Assembly (NCBI GenBank): GCA_035509895.1
Contig: DATKIA010000023.1
Location: 7 to 64,006 of the forward strand
Origin: Solirubrobacterales bacterium
GTDB taxonomy: Bacteria > Actinomycetota > Thermoleophilia > Solirubrobacterales > 70-9
DNA length: 64,000 nt
Reading direction: 5' to 3'
Of this stretch, positions 8,398-18,803 are shown piece by piece. The notes beneath the pieces were generated by a model, which ran no database searches, was not told the origin of the DNA, and saw only the letters and a list, made by a program, of their open reading frames with translations. Position 1 is the first letter of the stretch, and each line of letters opens with the position of its first letter. The position numbers and the translations under genes were made by a program.

Positions 8398-9133
8398 CCT
8401 CGCGGGGCTGCCGCTGGCGGCAGCGGGGGAAGTCGGCGAAGGCTTCTTCCGCAACCACGAAACGGCCCCCTGCCAGGCCAAGCCGAGCCACCTCTTCTGC
8501 TGGGACTGGGCGCGGGAAAACATCGACCGCTTCGGGACCCCGACGCTGCAGCAGTTCGAACTCGTGGCGATCTCGGTCGTGCTCGGTTTCGCGGTTGCCT
8601 TCACCCTCGCCCTGATCGCCCACCGCCGCCGCTGGCTGCGGCCACCGTTGCTAGCCGGAACCGGCATCCTCTACGCGATCCCCAGCATCTCGTTCTTCCT
8701 CCTGCTGCTGCCGATCACCGGGCGCAGCCGCGAGACCGCGATCATCGCTCTCAGCGCTTACACGCTGCAGATCATCTACCGCAACGTCACCGTCGGACTC
8801 GACAACGTTCCCGACTCCGCCAAAGACTCCGCCCGTGGCATGGGGATGACCGACCGCCAGATTCTTTGGCGGGTCGAGCTGCCGCTCGCACTGCCGGAGA
8901 TCATCGGGGGCCTACGGATCGCCACGGTCAGCACGATCGCGATCGCCACGCTTGCCGTCTTCGCTGGGGCCGGCGGGCTCGGCACCCAAATTCTTGGTGA
9001 AGGGCACTTGCGATTCCCGACCGCGATCGTCGTCGTCATCGCGATCGTGGTCGTACTGGCGTTCATCTTCGACGCCATCCTGCTGACGATCCAGTACCTG
9101 TCCACGCCCTGGCGAAGAGCGAGGGTTTCGTGA
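8390..9133 (+). CDS. Osmoprotectant ABC transporter permease
   Basis: 247-aa polytopic ORF with a BPD-transporter EAA-like loop (DSARGMGMTDRQILWRVELPLALP). It overlaps the upstream gene by 8 nt. Confidence 0.8.
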   Translation: MTSLAGLPLAAAGEVGEGFFRNHETAPCQAKPSHLFCWDWARENIDRFGTPTLQQFELVAISVVLGFAVAFTLALIAHRRRWLRPPLLAGTGILYAIPSISFFLLLLPITGRSRETAIIALSAYTLQIIYRNVTVGLDNVPDSAKDSARGMGMTDRQILWRVELPLALPEIIGGLRIATVSTIAIATLAVFAGAGGLGTQILGEGHLRFPTAIVVVIAIVVVLAFIFDAILLTIQYLSTPWRRARVS

Positions 9134-9843
9134 CTCTTGTCCACCCCCTGTTCGCCTCCTTTGGCGGCGCGATCGAATTCATCTTCACCCCGCAGACTTC
9201 GAACGTGACCGGCGGCAAGACCGTCGGCGGCATCGACCAGGTGATTGAACTGACCATCAACCAGCTCGAAGTCACGGTCTTGGCGCTGGCGCTGGCGATC
9301 GTGATCGCCCTCCCCGCCGGTCTCTTCTTCGGCCATCGCGGCAAGGGCGAACTGATCGCAATCGGACTCGGCAACACCGGCCGCGCGATCCCCGAGCTCG
9401 GTCTGATCGCGCTGATGGCGGCGGTGATCGGCGTCGGCCTCTTCAACCTCACGATCGCGCTGGCGATCCTCGGCATCCCGCCGATCCTCACCAACACCTT
9501 CGTCGGCGTCCGCGAGGTCGACCGGGCGACGGTGGCGGCCGCCCGCGGGATGGGCATGAGCGAGCTCGAGATCGCCCGCAAGGTCGAGCTGCCGATGGCG
9601 GTGACCAGCGTCTTCACCGGGATCCGCACGGCGGCGATCGGGATCGTCGCGACGGCGACGATCGCGCCGCTGGCCGGCGTCGCCACGCTCGGCGAATTCA
9701 TCCTCGGGGAAAACGTCTACGGCACCAACGGCGTGCTGGCGGGCGCGATCATGGTCGCCTTGCTCGCCCTCGCGATCGAGTTCTCCCTCGCCGGACTGCA
9801 ACGTCTTCTCACTTCGAAAGGCTTGCGGCTGCAAACGACCTGA
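9130..9843 (+). CDS. Osmoprotectant ABC transporter permease
   Basis: 237-aa polytopic ORF with the loop AARGMGMSELEIARKVELPMA and a GTGA overlap with the previous gene. Confidence 0.8.
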   Translation: MTLVHPLFASFGGAIEFIFTPQTSNVTGGKTVGGIDQVIELTINQLEVTVLALALAIVIALPAGLFFGHRGKGELIAIGLGNTGRAIPELGLIALMAAVIGVGLFNLTIALAILGIPPILTNTFVGVREVDRATVAAARGMGMSELEIARKVELPMAVTSVFTGIRTAAIGIVATATIAPLAGVATLGEFILGENVYGTNGVLAGAIMVALLALAIEFSLAGLQRLLTSKGLRLQTT

Positions 9844-9879
9844 CATGACCGTTTCGAAACCCACCCCAAGGAGGCAACA

Positions 9880-10884
9880 GTGAGGATCGATCAAACCCGG
9901 CTGCGAATCGCCCTGGCGGCGCTCGCGGCTCTGGCCCTGGCGCTCGGCGTCGCAGCATGCGGGGGCAGCGACGACAGCTCCAACAGCGAAAGCACCAGCA
10001 CCGAAACCGAAGCAGGCTCCGGCGGCGGCGCGATCACTTCCAATCCCGATAACGGGAAGGTGAGCCTGAAGATCGGCTCGAAGAACTTCCCCGAACAGGA
10101 AATCCTCGGCGAAATCTACGCCCAGGCACTGAAGGCCGCCGGCTACAAGGTCAAGTCCGACCTCAACCTCGGCTCTGAAACGGTCGCCCACAAGGCGGTC
10201 AAGACGGGGGCGATTTCCGGCTACCCGGAGTACGCCTCGACCGCGCTGACGTCGTTCTTCGGCCTCGAACCCGAAGAAGTCCCCGCCGATGCCACCGAAG
10301 CGTGGGAAAAAGCGAACGAAGAATTCGAAAAAGAAGGGCTGGTCGCTTTCGAACCGACGCCGTTCGAAAGCGCCAACGCGGTCGGGACCCTGAAAAAGAC
10401 CGCCGAAAAGTACGACCTCGAAGACGTCTCCGACCTCGAAGGGGTCTCGGAAAAACTGTCGCTCTACGGCTCGCCCGAGTGCCGCGAGCGGATCGACTGC
10501 CTGGCCGGACTGGAAAAACTGTACGGGCTGAAGTTCAAGTCCTTCCACCCGGTTGACATCAGCCTCCGCTACACGGTGCTGGAAAAGGGTCAGGCGGATC
10601 TCTCGATCCTCTTCACCACCGACCCGCAGCTCTCGGCGGAAAGCGACAAGTTCGTGATCCTCGAAGACGACAAGCACGTCTTCCCGGCCGGCAACATCAT
10701 CTTCGTGACCACGCCCAAGGTGGTTGAAGAAGCAGGCCCCGACTACGAAGCAACCATCCTCCAGGTCCAGGAAGGTCTGACCTTGGAAGTGATGCAGGAG
10801 CTCGACGCCCGAGTCGAACTCGAAAAAGAAACGCCGAAGGCGGCAGCCGCGGCGTACCTGGAATCGGCCGGCTACGTCGGCTAG
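9880..10884 (+). CDS. Glycine betaine/osmoprotectant ABC substrate-binding lipoprotein
   Basis: Signal peptide with lipobox LGVAAC-GG and an OpuAC/OpuCC-like body (KIGSKNFPEQEILGEIYAQALKAAGY). Confidence 0.8.
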   Translation: MRIDQTRLRIALAALAALALALGVAACGGSDDSSNSESTSTETEAGSGGGAITSNPDNGKVSLKIGSKNFPEQEILGEIYAQALKAAGYKVKSDLNLGSETVAHKAVKTGAISGYPEYASTALTSFFGLEPEEVPADATEAWEKANEEFEKEGLVAFEPTPFESANAVGTLKKTAEKYDLEDVSDLEGVSEKLSLYGSPECRERIDCLAGLEKLYGLKFKSFHPVDISLRYTVLEKGQADLSILFTTDPQLSAESDKFVILEDDKHVFPAGNIIFVTTPKVVEEAGPDYEATILQVQEGLTLEVMQELDARVELEKETPKAAAAAYLESAGYVG

Positions 10885-12132
10885 TTAGGACGCAGCGACG
10901 GCCGGGGCCTCGGCCTCGGCCGTCCGCGCGCGCAGCCGGGCGAAGCTGACCTTGGCCGCCCAGGCGGCGCTGACGCCGGAGATCCCCGCCAGCAGCAGGG
11001 CGACGCGGGGGTCGTAGGTCTCGGCGAGCCAGCCGGTCAGCGGGCCGCCGATCGGGGTCGAACCGAGGAAGACGACCGAGTAGAGGGCCATCACCCGGCC
11101 CCGCATCTCGGGCGCGACGGCGAGCTGCAGGCTGGAGTTGATCGTCGCCGCGAAGGTGACCGCGGCGGCGCCGAGGATGGCGAGGGTGACGATCTCCAGG
11201 GCCAGCGCCGGCATCGCTGCCGAGAGCAGGGCGGAGACGCCGAAGGCGAGGGCGCCACCGGCGATCAGCTTCGGGCCGGTGCGGCCGTGGTGGCCGTTGA
11301 TCAGCGCCCCGGCGATCGAGCCGACCGCCATTGCCGCGACCATCGCCGCGTAGGTGAGGGCGCCGCCGCCGAAGCTGAACTTGGCCAGCAGCGGCAGCAC
11401 GACCTGGAAGTTGAAGCCGAGCGTCCCGACCAGCGCCATCAGCGCCAGCGGCACGGCCAGCTCCGGCGTGCGGACGACGTAGCGGAGGCCGGCCCGGATC
11501 GCGCCGGGGCCGCGCGGGGCCACCGGCTCGGTGTGCAGCTTGGCGGTGTCCATCCCCCGGAGAGCGAAGATCATCGCGACGAAGGTGAGCGCGTTGAGCG
11601 CGAAGCAGGGGACGACGCCGAAGGCGGCGATCAGGATCCCGGCGAAGGCCGGGCCGACGATCCGCGCCGCCTGGACGATGACGCTGTTGAGGCTGACCGC
11701 GTTGACGACGCGGTCGGGGCCCACCATCTCCATCACGAAGCTCTGCCGGGTCGGGTTGTCGACCGCGTTGACGGTCCCCATCGCGAAGACGCCGAGGTAG
11801 ACCATCCAGGGCTCGACCACACCGGTCGCGGTGACGGCGAAGAGGCCGACGGCGGGAATCGCCATCAGTGCCTGGGTGGCGATCAGCAGCTGGCGTTTAG
11901 GGAGGCGGTCGGCGAGCACCCCGCCCCAGGCTCCGATCAGCAGCATCGGCAGGAACTGCAGGGCGGTGGTCAGGCCGACCGCGATGCCGGAGCCGGTGAG
12001 GCTGAGGATCAGCCAGATCGCCGCCACCGTCTGCATCCAGGTGCCGGAGAGGGAGATCAGCTGGCCGGCGAAGTAGCGCCGGTAGTTGGGGACTTCGAGC
12101 GAGTTGAAGGAGCGGCGCAGGTGGTACCTCAT
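10885..12132 (-). CDS. MFS transporter (EntS/MFS_3-like)
   Basis: 415-aa ORF with about 12 TM segments. The N-terminus NYRRYFAGQLISLSGTWMQTVA is typical of this MFS subfamily. A 4-nt overlap couples it to the upstream marR. Confidence 0.8.
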   Translation of the reverse strand: MRYHLRRSFNSLEVPNYRRYFAGQLISLSGTWMQTVAAIWLILSLTGSGIAVGLTTALQFLPMLLIGAWGGVLADRLPKRQLLIATQALMAIPAVGLFAVTATGVVEPWMVYLGVFAMGTVNAVDNPTRQSFVMEMVGPDRVVNAVSLNSVIVQAARIVGPAFAGILIAAFGVVPCFALNALTFVAMIFALRGMDTAKLHTEPVAPRGPGAIRAGLRYVVRTPELAVPLALMALVGTLGFNFQVVLPLLAKFSFGGGALTYAAMVAAMAVGSIAGALINGHHGRTGPKLIAGGALAFGVSALLSAAMPALALEIVTLAILGAAAVTFAATINSSLQLAVAPEMRGRVMALYSVVFLGSTPIGGPLTGWLAETYDPRVALLLAGISGVSAAWAAKVSFARLRARTAEAEAPAVAAS

Positions 12133-12605
12133 GGGCGCTGCTCGCGCCCGGACCGCGGCTCACCCTCCCTCATCCGGTCGAGGATCTCGGCGGCGCGCTC
12201 CAGCGTCTCGACCTCGTCGGCCGAGAGCTCGCGCATGCGCCGCGCCAGGTAGGCGTTCTTGCGGCCGCGCAGGCGCCGCAACCGCTCGCTCCCGGCGCCG
12301 TTGATCGCGACCAGGGAGCTGCGGCCGTCGGCGGGGTCCGGGGTCCGGTCCACCAGCCCCTCGCGCTCCAGGCAGCCGAGCGTGCGGGTGATCGTCGGCC
12401 GCCGCACGCGCTCGATCTCGGCCAGCTCGCTGGGAGTGAGCGGTCCGTGGCGCTCGATCGTGGCCAGCGCCGAGACCGAAGTCGGGGTCAGGCCGCTCGT
12501 CTCCGCCGCAGCCTCCTGCCGCAGCCGCCGCGCGGTCCTCACCAGCGCCATCCGCAGCTTCGCGGCGGTGTCGGTGAGAGAGATGTGCGTGGGCTCAGTG
12601 GTCAT
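12129..12605 (-). CDS. MarR-family transcriptional regulator
   Basis: 158-aa ORF with a winged-helix core (LTPTSVSALATIERHGPLTPSELAEIERVRRPTITRTLGCLEREGLV). Confidence 0.85.
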   Translation of the reverse strand: MTTEPTHISLTDTAAKLRMALVRTARRLRQEAAAETSGLTPTSVSALATIERHGPLTPSELAEIERVRRPTITRTLGCLEREGLVDRTPDPADGRSSLVAINGAGSERLRRLRGRKNAYLARRMRELSADEVETLERAAEILDRMREGEPRSGREQRP

Positions 12606-12622
12606 TGATTAGCGTTGATAAT

Positions 12623-12637
12623 TAGTTTAGCAAACTA
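12623..12637. promoter_or_regulatory. Candidate MarR operator (TAGTTT-AGC-AAACTA) in an AT-rich divergent promoter region
   Basis: Perfect 6-3-6 inverted repeat 18 nt upstream of the marR start, in a conspicuously AT-rich stretch (12606-12650). Confidence 0.35.
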
Positions 12638-12711
12638 GTTTTGACATGCAACCCGCCCCGCGCACTCGCCCTCGTTGGCGCTTAGCCTCCCTTTAACCAC
12701 TTTTAGGTAGC

Positions 12712-13644
12712 GTGCCGCCGGTGAGCGAAGCGGCGATCACGGTCAGCGGCCTGCGCAAGTCCTACGGCGAGCACGAAGCGGTGCGGGGGATCGAGTTCGA
12801 GGTCGCCGCCGGCGAGGTCTTCGGCTTCCTCGGCCCCAACGGCGCCGGCAAGACGACGACGATCGAGATCCTCGAGGGCTACCGCGAGCGCTCCGGCGGC
12901 GAGGTCTCGGTGCTCGGCGTCGACCCCGGGGCGCCGACCCGCGCCTGGCGCAACCGCGTCGGCCTCGTCCTCCAGGAATGCGAGCTCGACCCGCTGTGGA
13001 CGGTCGCGGAGGCGGTCTCGCTGTTCGCCCGCTTCTACGAGAAACCGCGGCCGGTGGCGGAGACGATCGACCTGGTCGGCCTCGGCGACAAACGCGACGC
13101 CCGCGTCGCCACCCTCTCCGGCGGCCAGAAACGCCGCGCCGACGTCGCGATCGGGATCATCGGCGACCCCGACCTGATCTTCCTCGACGAGCCGACCACC
13201 GGCTTCGACCCCAGCGCCCGCCGCGACGCCTGGAACATGATCGAGGGGCTGAAGGCGCTCGGCAAGACCGTCTTCCTCACCACGCATTACATGGACGAGG
13301 CCCAGCACCTCGCCGACCGGGTCGCGATCCTCCGCGACGGCCGCATCGTCGCCCAGGGCCGAACCGAGGAGCTCGGCGACGACCTCGGCCGCCGCACCGT
13401 GATCGGGTTCAGCCTCAACGGGAGCCTCTCCGCCGAGGACGTGCGCGGCGCGGTCCCGACCTCGCAGGTGGCGGTCGCCGGCAACCGGGTCGAGATCGAG
13501 ACCGAGACGCCGCAGCCCGACCTCTACCGCCTGCTGGAGCTGGCCGAGCAGCGGGGGGTCGAGCTCGACGAGCTCGAGGTCCGGCGCCCGAGCCTCGAGG
13601 ACATCTTCCTCGAGCTGACCCGCGCCGAGGCGCAGGAGTCGTGA
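12712..13644 (+). CDS. ABC transporter ATP-binding protein (ABC-2/DrrA-like)
   Basis: Walker A GPNGAGKTT, signature LSGGQKRR and Walker B IFLDEPTTGFD. Confidence 0.88.
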   Translation: MPPVSEAAITVSGLRKSYGEHEAVRGIEFEVAAGEVFGFLGPNGAGKTTTIEILEGYRERSGGEVSVLGVDPGAPTRAWRNRVGLVLQECELDPLWTVAEAVSLFARFYEKPRPVAETIDLVGLGDKRDARVATLSGGQKRRADVAIGIIGDPDLIFLDEPTTGFDPSARRDAWNMIEGLKALGKTVFLTTHYMDEAQHLADRVAILRDGRIVAQGRTEELGDDLGRRTVIGFSLNGSLSAEDVRGAVPTSQVAVAGNRVEIETETPQPDLYRLLELAEQRGVELDELEVRRPSLEDIFLELTRAEAQES

Positions 13645-14435
13645 ACGACCGCGGCGTCGTCCTCGCCCAGGCGCGGATGGCGATCCTCGTTGCCCTGCGG
13701 ACGCCGCGGGTGCTGATCTTCACCGCCGCCTTCCCGCTGATCCTGCTCGTCCTCTTCAACTCGATCTTCAGCAAGGGCGGCAACGAAACGACGACCTTGC
13801 CGGGGGACCTGAAGCTCAGCGCCGAGGCCTACTTCACGGCCGGGATCATCGCCTACTCGGTCGCCCTCTCGACCTTCGCCACGCTCGCCGTCTCGCTCAC
13901 CACCCAGCGCGAGAACGGCCAGCTGAAGCGCTACCGCGGCACGCCGATGCCACCCTGGACCTTCATCGCCGCCCAGATCACCCGCGCCAGTGCCCAGGCG
14001 CTGCTGATGACCGCGCTGCTGCTCGGCGTCGGCGCGATCGCGTATGGCGTACCGGTCCCCGCTTCGACCTTCCCCGCCTTCATCGCCTACGTCCTGCTCG
14101 GGACGGCGGCGATGTGCTCGCTCGGGATCGCGCTCAGCGCCTTCACCCCGAACCCCGATGCCGCCTCGACGATCGCCCCCTTCTCGGTCGTGATGCTCTC
14201 CTTCGTCTCCGGCGTCTGGATCCCGGTCGACCAGCTGCCGAGCTGGCTGGAAACGGTCGGCAAGGTCTTCCCCCTCTACCACCTGGCGCTGGGGCTGCAG
14301 ACGACGCTGGCGCCGGGCGCCAGCGGCACCGGCCTCGAACTCGGCAACGTCGTCGTCCTTCTAATCTGGTGCGCCGTGGGCATCCGGATCGCCAGCAAAC
14401 GCTTCAAGTGGGAGCCACAGGCGGCCAAGGCGTGA
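13641..14435 (+). CDS. ABC-2 type transporter permease
   Basis: GTG 13641 overlaps the ATPase stop (GTGA). 264 aa with 6 TM segments. This is the coding part of ORF 12978..14435. Confidence 0.75.
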   Translation: MNDRGVVLAQARMAILVALRTPRVLIFTAAFPLILLVLFNSIFSKGGNETTTLPGDLKLSAEAYFTAGIIAYSVALSTFATLAVSLTTQRENGQLKRYRGTPMPPWTFIAAQITRASAQALLMTALLLGVGAIAYGVPVPASTFPAFIAYVLLGTAAMCSLGIALSAFTPNPDAASTIAPFSVVMLSFVSGVWIPVDQLPSWLETVGKVFPLYHLALGLQTTLAPGASGTGLELGNVVVLLIWCAVGIRIASKRFKWEPQAAKA

Positions 14436-14565
14436 GCCGCGAGGTGGATTAGCCGCAGCCGATCGTCCCGGTCGGCCACGCCGTCCACCCTGACCTCGCC
14501 TGGTCGTATGAGTTCCCGATCCCGGCCCTGGCCCCGATCGCCGGCCTCCTAGAGCGGGAGCGCCG

Positions 14566-15105
14566 CTAGCCCTCCGCCCGCGCCACCTCGGCCGCGAGCG
14601 ACTCCAGCAGCTCGATCATCTTCTGGTGGTAGCCGGTGCCGACCGTCAGCGCCCGCTCCTGGCCCTCCATTCCCTCGACCCCGCGCACCGCGTCGAGGTA
14701 CTCGCCGAACTCCTCCAGCTTGCCGCGGTGCCAGGCGATCCGGGACGCCAGCAGCGGCCCCGGGTCGCCGCCGGCGAAGACTTTCAGCACCGCCTCCTCT
14801 TTCAGCTGGGGTGCAGAGGCGGACGGGTCCGCGGCCCACTCGCGCAGCGCCTCGCGCCCGGCCTCGGTCAGCGCGTAGACCCGCTTGCGGCGGCCACCCT
14901 CCTCCTGGCGCGCGGTCAGGTAGCCGGCTTTGGCCAGCCGCGCCGGCTCCTCGTAGGCGGTCGTGTGCGGGACCGGCCAGAAGTTCTGGATCGAGGTGTC
15001 GAGCGCCTGCTTGAGGTCGTAGGAGGTCGCCTCGCCGCCGCACTGATCGAACAGGGCGAGCACCGCGTAGGAAGTCCCGGTGAGACGAATCGGCTTGCTG
15101 CTCAT
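14566..15105 (-). CDS. PadR-family transcriptional regulator
   Basis: Start taken at ATG 15105 (MSSKPIRL). Has the PadR wHTH (SYAVLALF...SYDLKQAL...FWPVPHTTAYEEPARLAKAGYL...KRVYALTEAGREAL). Confidence 0.82.
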   Translation of the reverse strand: MSSKPIRLTGTSYAVLALFDQCGGEATSYDLKQALDTSIQNFWPVPHTTAYEEPARLAKAGYLTARQEEGGRRKRVYALTEAGREALREWAADPSASAPQLKEEAVLKVFAGGDPGPLLASRIAWHRGKLEEFGEYLDAVRGVEGMEGQERALTVGTGYHQKMIELLESLAAEVARAEG

Positions 15106-15154
15106 GGAATTAACTTGCTTTTCATGATTCGAGTCGTATAGTACGGGACGAACG

Positions 15155-16435
15155 GTGAACACCACGCGGGAGGGCGAAATGGCCAGCACCGATGCCAGCC
15201 GAGACATCTTCACCGACCGACCGGATCACGACGCCGTCGTCGTCGGCGCCAGCCTCGCCGGTTGCACGACGGCGATGCTCCTGGCCCGGGCCGGGGCGCG
15301 GGTGGCGCTGGTCGAGAAGTCTCCGGACCCCGCCGCCTTCAAGCGGATCTGCTCGCACTTCATCCAGGCCTCCGGCGTGCCGGTCTTCGAGCGTCTTGGC
15401 CTGCTCGACCAGATCGAAGCCGCCGGCGCTGTCCGTTCACATTTCCACGCCTGGACCCGGTGGGGCTGGATCGGGGCGCCGAAAGACGAGGCCGGGCTCT
15501 GCCTCAACCTGCGCCGCTCGGTGCTCGACCCGCTGATCCGCGAGGCCGCCGGCGCCGAGCCAGGCGTCGAGCTGATCCTCGGCCAAAGCGCCGAGCGCCT
15601 GCTCTGGGACGGCGAAACGATCGCCGGCGTCGTCGTCCGCGACCGCGACGGCCATGAGACCAGGCTGCGTGCCCCGCTCACCGTCGGCGCCGACGGCCGC
15701 GACTCGCGCGTCGCCGAGCTCTCCGGCGTCCCGGTCAAGACCCGGCCCCACGGCCGCATCGCCTACGGCGGCTACTTCGAGGGGGCGACGCCGCCGCTGG
15801 CGCCGGACACGTCGATGTGGATGCTCGACCCCAATTGGGTCGCCGCCTTCCCGACCGACAGCGGTCTCACCTTCTACGCAGCGATGCCGACCAAGGACCG
15901 CCTGCAGGACTTCAAGCGCGACCCCGAGGCCGCCCTGGTCAAGATCGTCGGCGACGCCCCGGAGGCGCCGCCGATCCGCGAGGGGCGGGCGATCGAACCG
16001 GTGCTCGGCAAGGTCGACATGCTGAACCGGGCTCGGCGGCAGACGGCGCCCGGCCTGGCGCTGGTCGGCGACGCGGCGCTGGCGATCGACCCGATCTTCG
16101 GCGTCGGCTGCGGCTGGGCGCTGCAGTCGGGCGAATGGCTGGCGGACGCGGTCGCCCCGGCGCTGGCGGGTGCCGAGCCGCTCGGCCGCTCGCTCGATCG
16201 CTACCGCAAGCGCCACACGCGCGAACTGCGCTGGCACGCGTTCATGATCCACGACTACTCGAGCGGCCGGAAGCTGACTCCAACCGAAAAGGCGCTGTTC
16301 AAGGCGGCCGTCAACGATCCGGTGGTCGCGGCGGCCTTCGACCGGGTCGGCACCCGCCGCTCCCAGCCGTTACGGGAAATGGCCCGCATCTTCCCCCGTG
16401 TCCTCGCCGACTCGCGCCGGCCGGTCGCAGCATGA
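15155..16435 (+). CDS. FAD-dependent oxidoreductase/monooxygenase
   Basis: Dinucleotide-binding motif DAVVVGASLAGCTTAMLLARAGARVALVEK plus GDAA (LVGDAALAIDP). An alternative start is ATG 15179. Confidence 0.75.
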   Translation: MNTTREGEMASTDASRDIFTDRPDHDAVVVGASLAGCTTAMLLARAGARVALVEKSPDPAAFKRICSHFIQASGVPVFERLGLLDQIEAAGAVRSHFHAWTRWGWIGAPKDEAGLCLNLRRSVLDPLIREAAGAEPGVELILGQSAERLLWDGETIAGVVVRDRDGHETRLRAPLTVGADGRDSRVAELSGVPVKTRPHGRIAYGGYFEGATPPLAPDTSMWMLDPNWVAAFPTDSGLTFYAAMPTKDRLQDFKRDPEAALVKIVGDAPEAPPIREGRAIEPVLGKVDMLNRARRQTAPGLALVGDAALAIDPIFGVGCGWALQSGEWLADAVAPALAGAEPLGRSLDRYRKRHTRELRWHAFMIHDYSSGRKLTPTEKALFKAAVNDPVVAAAFDRVGTRRSQPLREMARIFPRVLADSRRPVAA

Positions 16436-16499
16436 GCGTGGAGCGAGCAAGCGTGCATCTCTGGTTCTTCGCGCCGCAAGCGAAGCGCGAGGATTTGTG

Positions 16500-17339
16500 A
16501 TGAGCGTCGCCAAGGTCGAGCGCTCGCGCGTCACCGTCGCCGGCACCGCGACGCGACTGCTGCAGGCCGGGCCGGCCGACGCCAACGAGGCCGTCGTCTT
16601 CGTCCACGGCAACCCCGGCTCAGCCGACGACTGGGAGCAGCTGATCGCGGCCGCGGCCGGCACCGGCAAGCGGGCGCTCGCCACCGACCTGCCGGATTTC
16701 GGCGAGACCGCCGCCGCCCCCGGCTTCGAGTACAGCGCCTTCGGCTACGCGGTCTTCCTCGGCGAGACCTTGCGGGCGCTCGGGGTCGAGCGGGTGCACC
16801 TCGTCCTCCACGACTTCGGCGGCCCGATCGGGCTCGTCTGGGCGGCGATGAACGCTGACGCGCTGGCCAGCATCACCCTGATCGACACCGGCATCCTGCC
16901 CGGCTACAAGTGGCACCGGCTGGCGCGGATCTGGCGCACGCCGGGGCTCGGGGAGCTGTTCCAGGCGACCGCGACCCGCGGCGCCTTCCGCACCCTCGTC
17001 AACCGCGGCGAGCCGCGCGGCCTGCCGCGGCCGTTCATCGACCAGATGTACGACCACTACGACCGCCGCACCAAACGGGCGGTGCTGAAGCTCTACCGGG
17101 CGACCGACGATCCGGGTGCCGCAGCGAGGGAGTTCTCGGCGCTGATGGCGCCGCGCGACATCCCGGCCCTGGTCGTCTGGGGCGAGCACGACGCCTACCT
17201 GCCAGCCGCCTTCGCCGAGCGCCAGCGCGACGCCTTCCCCTCGGCTGAGGTCCACGTGCTGCCGAGCAGCGGCCACTGGCCGTTCGCCGACGCCCCGGAG
17301 ACCGTCGAACGGCTCCTGGTCGAGTTCTTCAGCCGGTAG
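16500..17339 (+). CDS. Alpha/beta-fold hydrolase
   Basis: Start taken at ATG 16500. Has VVFVHGNPGSADDW, a nucleophile-elbow region LVLHDFGGPIG and a C-terminal GHWPF. Confidence 0.75.
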   Translation: MSVAKVERSRVTVAGTATRLLQAGPADANEAVVFVHGNPGSADDWEQLIAAAAGTGKRALATDLPDFGETAAAPGFEYSAFGYAVFLGETLRALGVERVHLVLHDFGGPIGLVWAAMNADALASITLIDTGILPGYKWHRLARIWRTPGLGELFQATATRGAFRTLVNRGEPRGLPRPFIDQMYDHYDRRTKRAVLKLYRATDDPGAAAREFSALMAPRDIPALVVWGEHDAYLPAAFAERQRDAFPSAEVHVLPSSGHWPFADAPETVERLLVEFFSR

Positions 17340-17363
17340 CGCCGCATCCGTAATCTGTCTGGG

Positions 17364-18803
17364 GTGACCGACGCCGCCGCCGCTCGGGACAAGCGCTGGA
17401 TCGCCCTGATCCTGCTCTGCGTCGCCCAGTTCGTCGTCGTCCTCGACGCCTCGATCGTCAACGTCGCGCTGCCGACGATCGGCGAAGCGCTCGACTTCTC
17501 CGAGAGCAACCTGCCCTGGGTCGTCAACGCCTACGTGCTGACCTTCGGCGGCTTCCTCCTGCTCGGCGGCCGCCTCGCCGACCTGCTCGGCCGCCGTCGC
17601 GTCTTCATGGCCGGGCTCGTCCTCTTCGCGATCGCCTCGCTGGCGGGCGGGCTGGCGAGCAACTCGGGTCAGCTGATCGCCGCCCGCGCCGTGCAGGGCC
17701 TCGGCGCCGCGATCCTCTCCCCCGCCGCGCTCTCGATCGTCGCCACCACCTTCCGCGACGGCGCCGAGCGCAACAAAGCGCTGGGGATCTGGGGCGCGGT
17801 CGCCGGCTCCGGCGGCGCCGCCGGCGTCCTCCTCGGCGGCGTCCTCACCGAAAGTCTCGGCTGGGAATGGGTGCTCTGGGTCAACGTCCCGATCGGGATC
17901 ATCGCCGCCCTGATCGCCCCCAGCCTGATCGCCGAAACCCGCGACGAGGGCGAGGTGCGCCACTTCGACGTCGCCGGCGCGGTGACGATCACGCTCAGCC
18001 TCTCGGCCCTCGTCTTCGGCCTGCTCGACGCCGAAAGCGCCGGCTGGGGGTCGGCGCAGACGATCGGCACCCTGGTCGGCTCGGCCCTGCTGCTGGCCGC
18101 CTTCATCGCGATCGAGCGTCGCTCGCGGGCGCCGCTCGTCCCCTTCTCGATCTTCCGCATCCGCACGATCACCGGCGCCAACGTGGTCGGCACCCTCACC
18201 GGCGCCTCGCTGTTCTCGATGTTCTTCTTCATCTCGCTCTACATGCAGCAGGTGCTCGGCTACAGCCCGATCAAGGCCGGCCTCTCCTACCTGCCGCTGG
18301 CGGTCTCGATCATCCTCGCCGCCGGCATCGCCTCGCAGCTGGTGACCAAAGTCGGCTTCAAGCCCGTCCTTGCCGCCGGCATGGCGCTGATCGCCGGCGG
18401 CCTCGTCTGGTTCTCCCAGATCTCGGTCGACGGCACCTTCCTCAGCGACATCCTCGGTCCCTCGCTGCTGGCCGCGGTCGGCCTCGGCTTCGCCTTCGTC
18501 CCGGTCACGATCGCCGCCGTCTCCGGGATCGAAGACCGCGAGCAGGGCCTCGCCAGCGGTCTGATCAACACCTCCCAGCAGGTCGGCGGCGCCCTCGGCC
18601 TGGCGATCCTCGCCGCCGTCGCCAACGGCATCATCGGCTCCTCCCACGAGCCGGCGAAGCTGGTCGAAGGCTTCCAGTCGGCCTTCATGGTCGGCGCCGT
18701 CTTCGCCGCCCTCGGCCTCCTCGCCACCCTGTTCCTGATCCGCAGCAGCGACAGCCGCGCCCACGTCGAGCTCAGCAACCAGCTCGCGACCGAAGCCGAC
18801 TAG
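17364..18803 (+). CDS. MFS transporter, DHA2 (EmrB/QacA, 14-TMS) family
   Basis: 479-aa ORF with LDASIVNVALPTI and GRLADLLGRRRVF motifs and about 14 TM segments. Confidence 0.85.
   Translation: MTDAAAARDKRWIALILLCVAQFVVVLDASIVNVALPTIGEALDFSESNLPWVVNAYVLTFGGFLLLGGRLADLLGRRRVFMAGLVLFAIASLAGGLASNSGQLIAARAVQGLGAAILSPAALSIVATTFRDGAERNKALGIWGAVAGSGGAAGVLLGGVLTESLGWEWVLWVNVPIGIIAALIAPSLIAETRDEGEVRHFDVAGAVTITLSLSALVFGLLDAESAGWGSAQTIGTLVGSALLLAAFIAIERRSRAPLVPFSIFRIRTITGANVVGTLTGASLFSMFFFISLYMQQVLGYSPIKAGLSYLPLAVSIILAAGIASQLVTKVGFKPVLAAGMALIAGGLVWFSQISVDGTFLSDILGPSLLAAVGLGFAFVPVTIAAVSGIEDREQGLASGLINTSQQVGGALGLAILAAVANGIIGSSHEPAKLVEGFQSAFMVGAVFAALGLLATLFLIRSSDSRAHVELSNQLATEAD

Noticed and set aside
8776-10677. 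633-aa ORF on the minus strand
   Set aside because: It is antisense to three Opu-type ABC transporter genes that have clear permease and binding-protein features. It is a shadow ORF.
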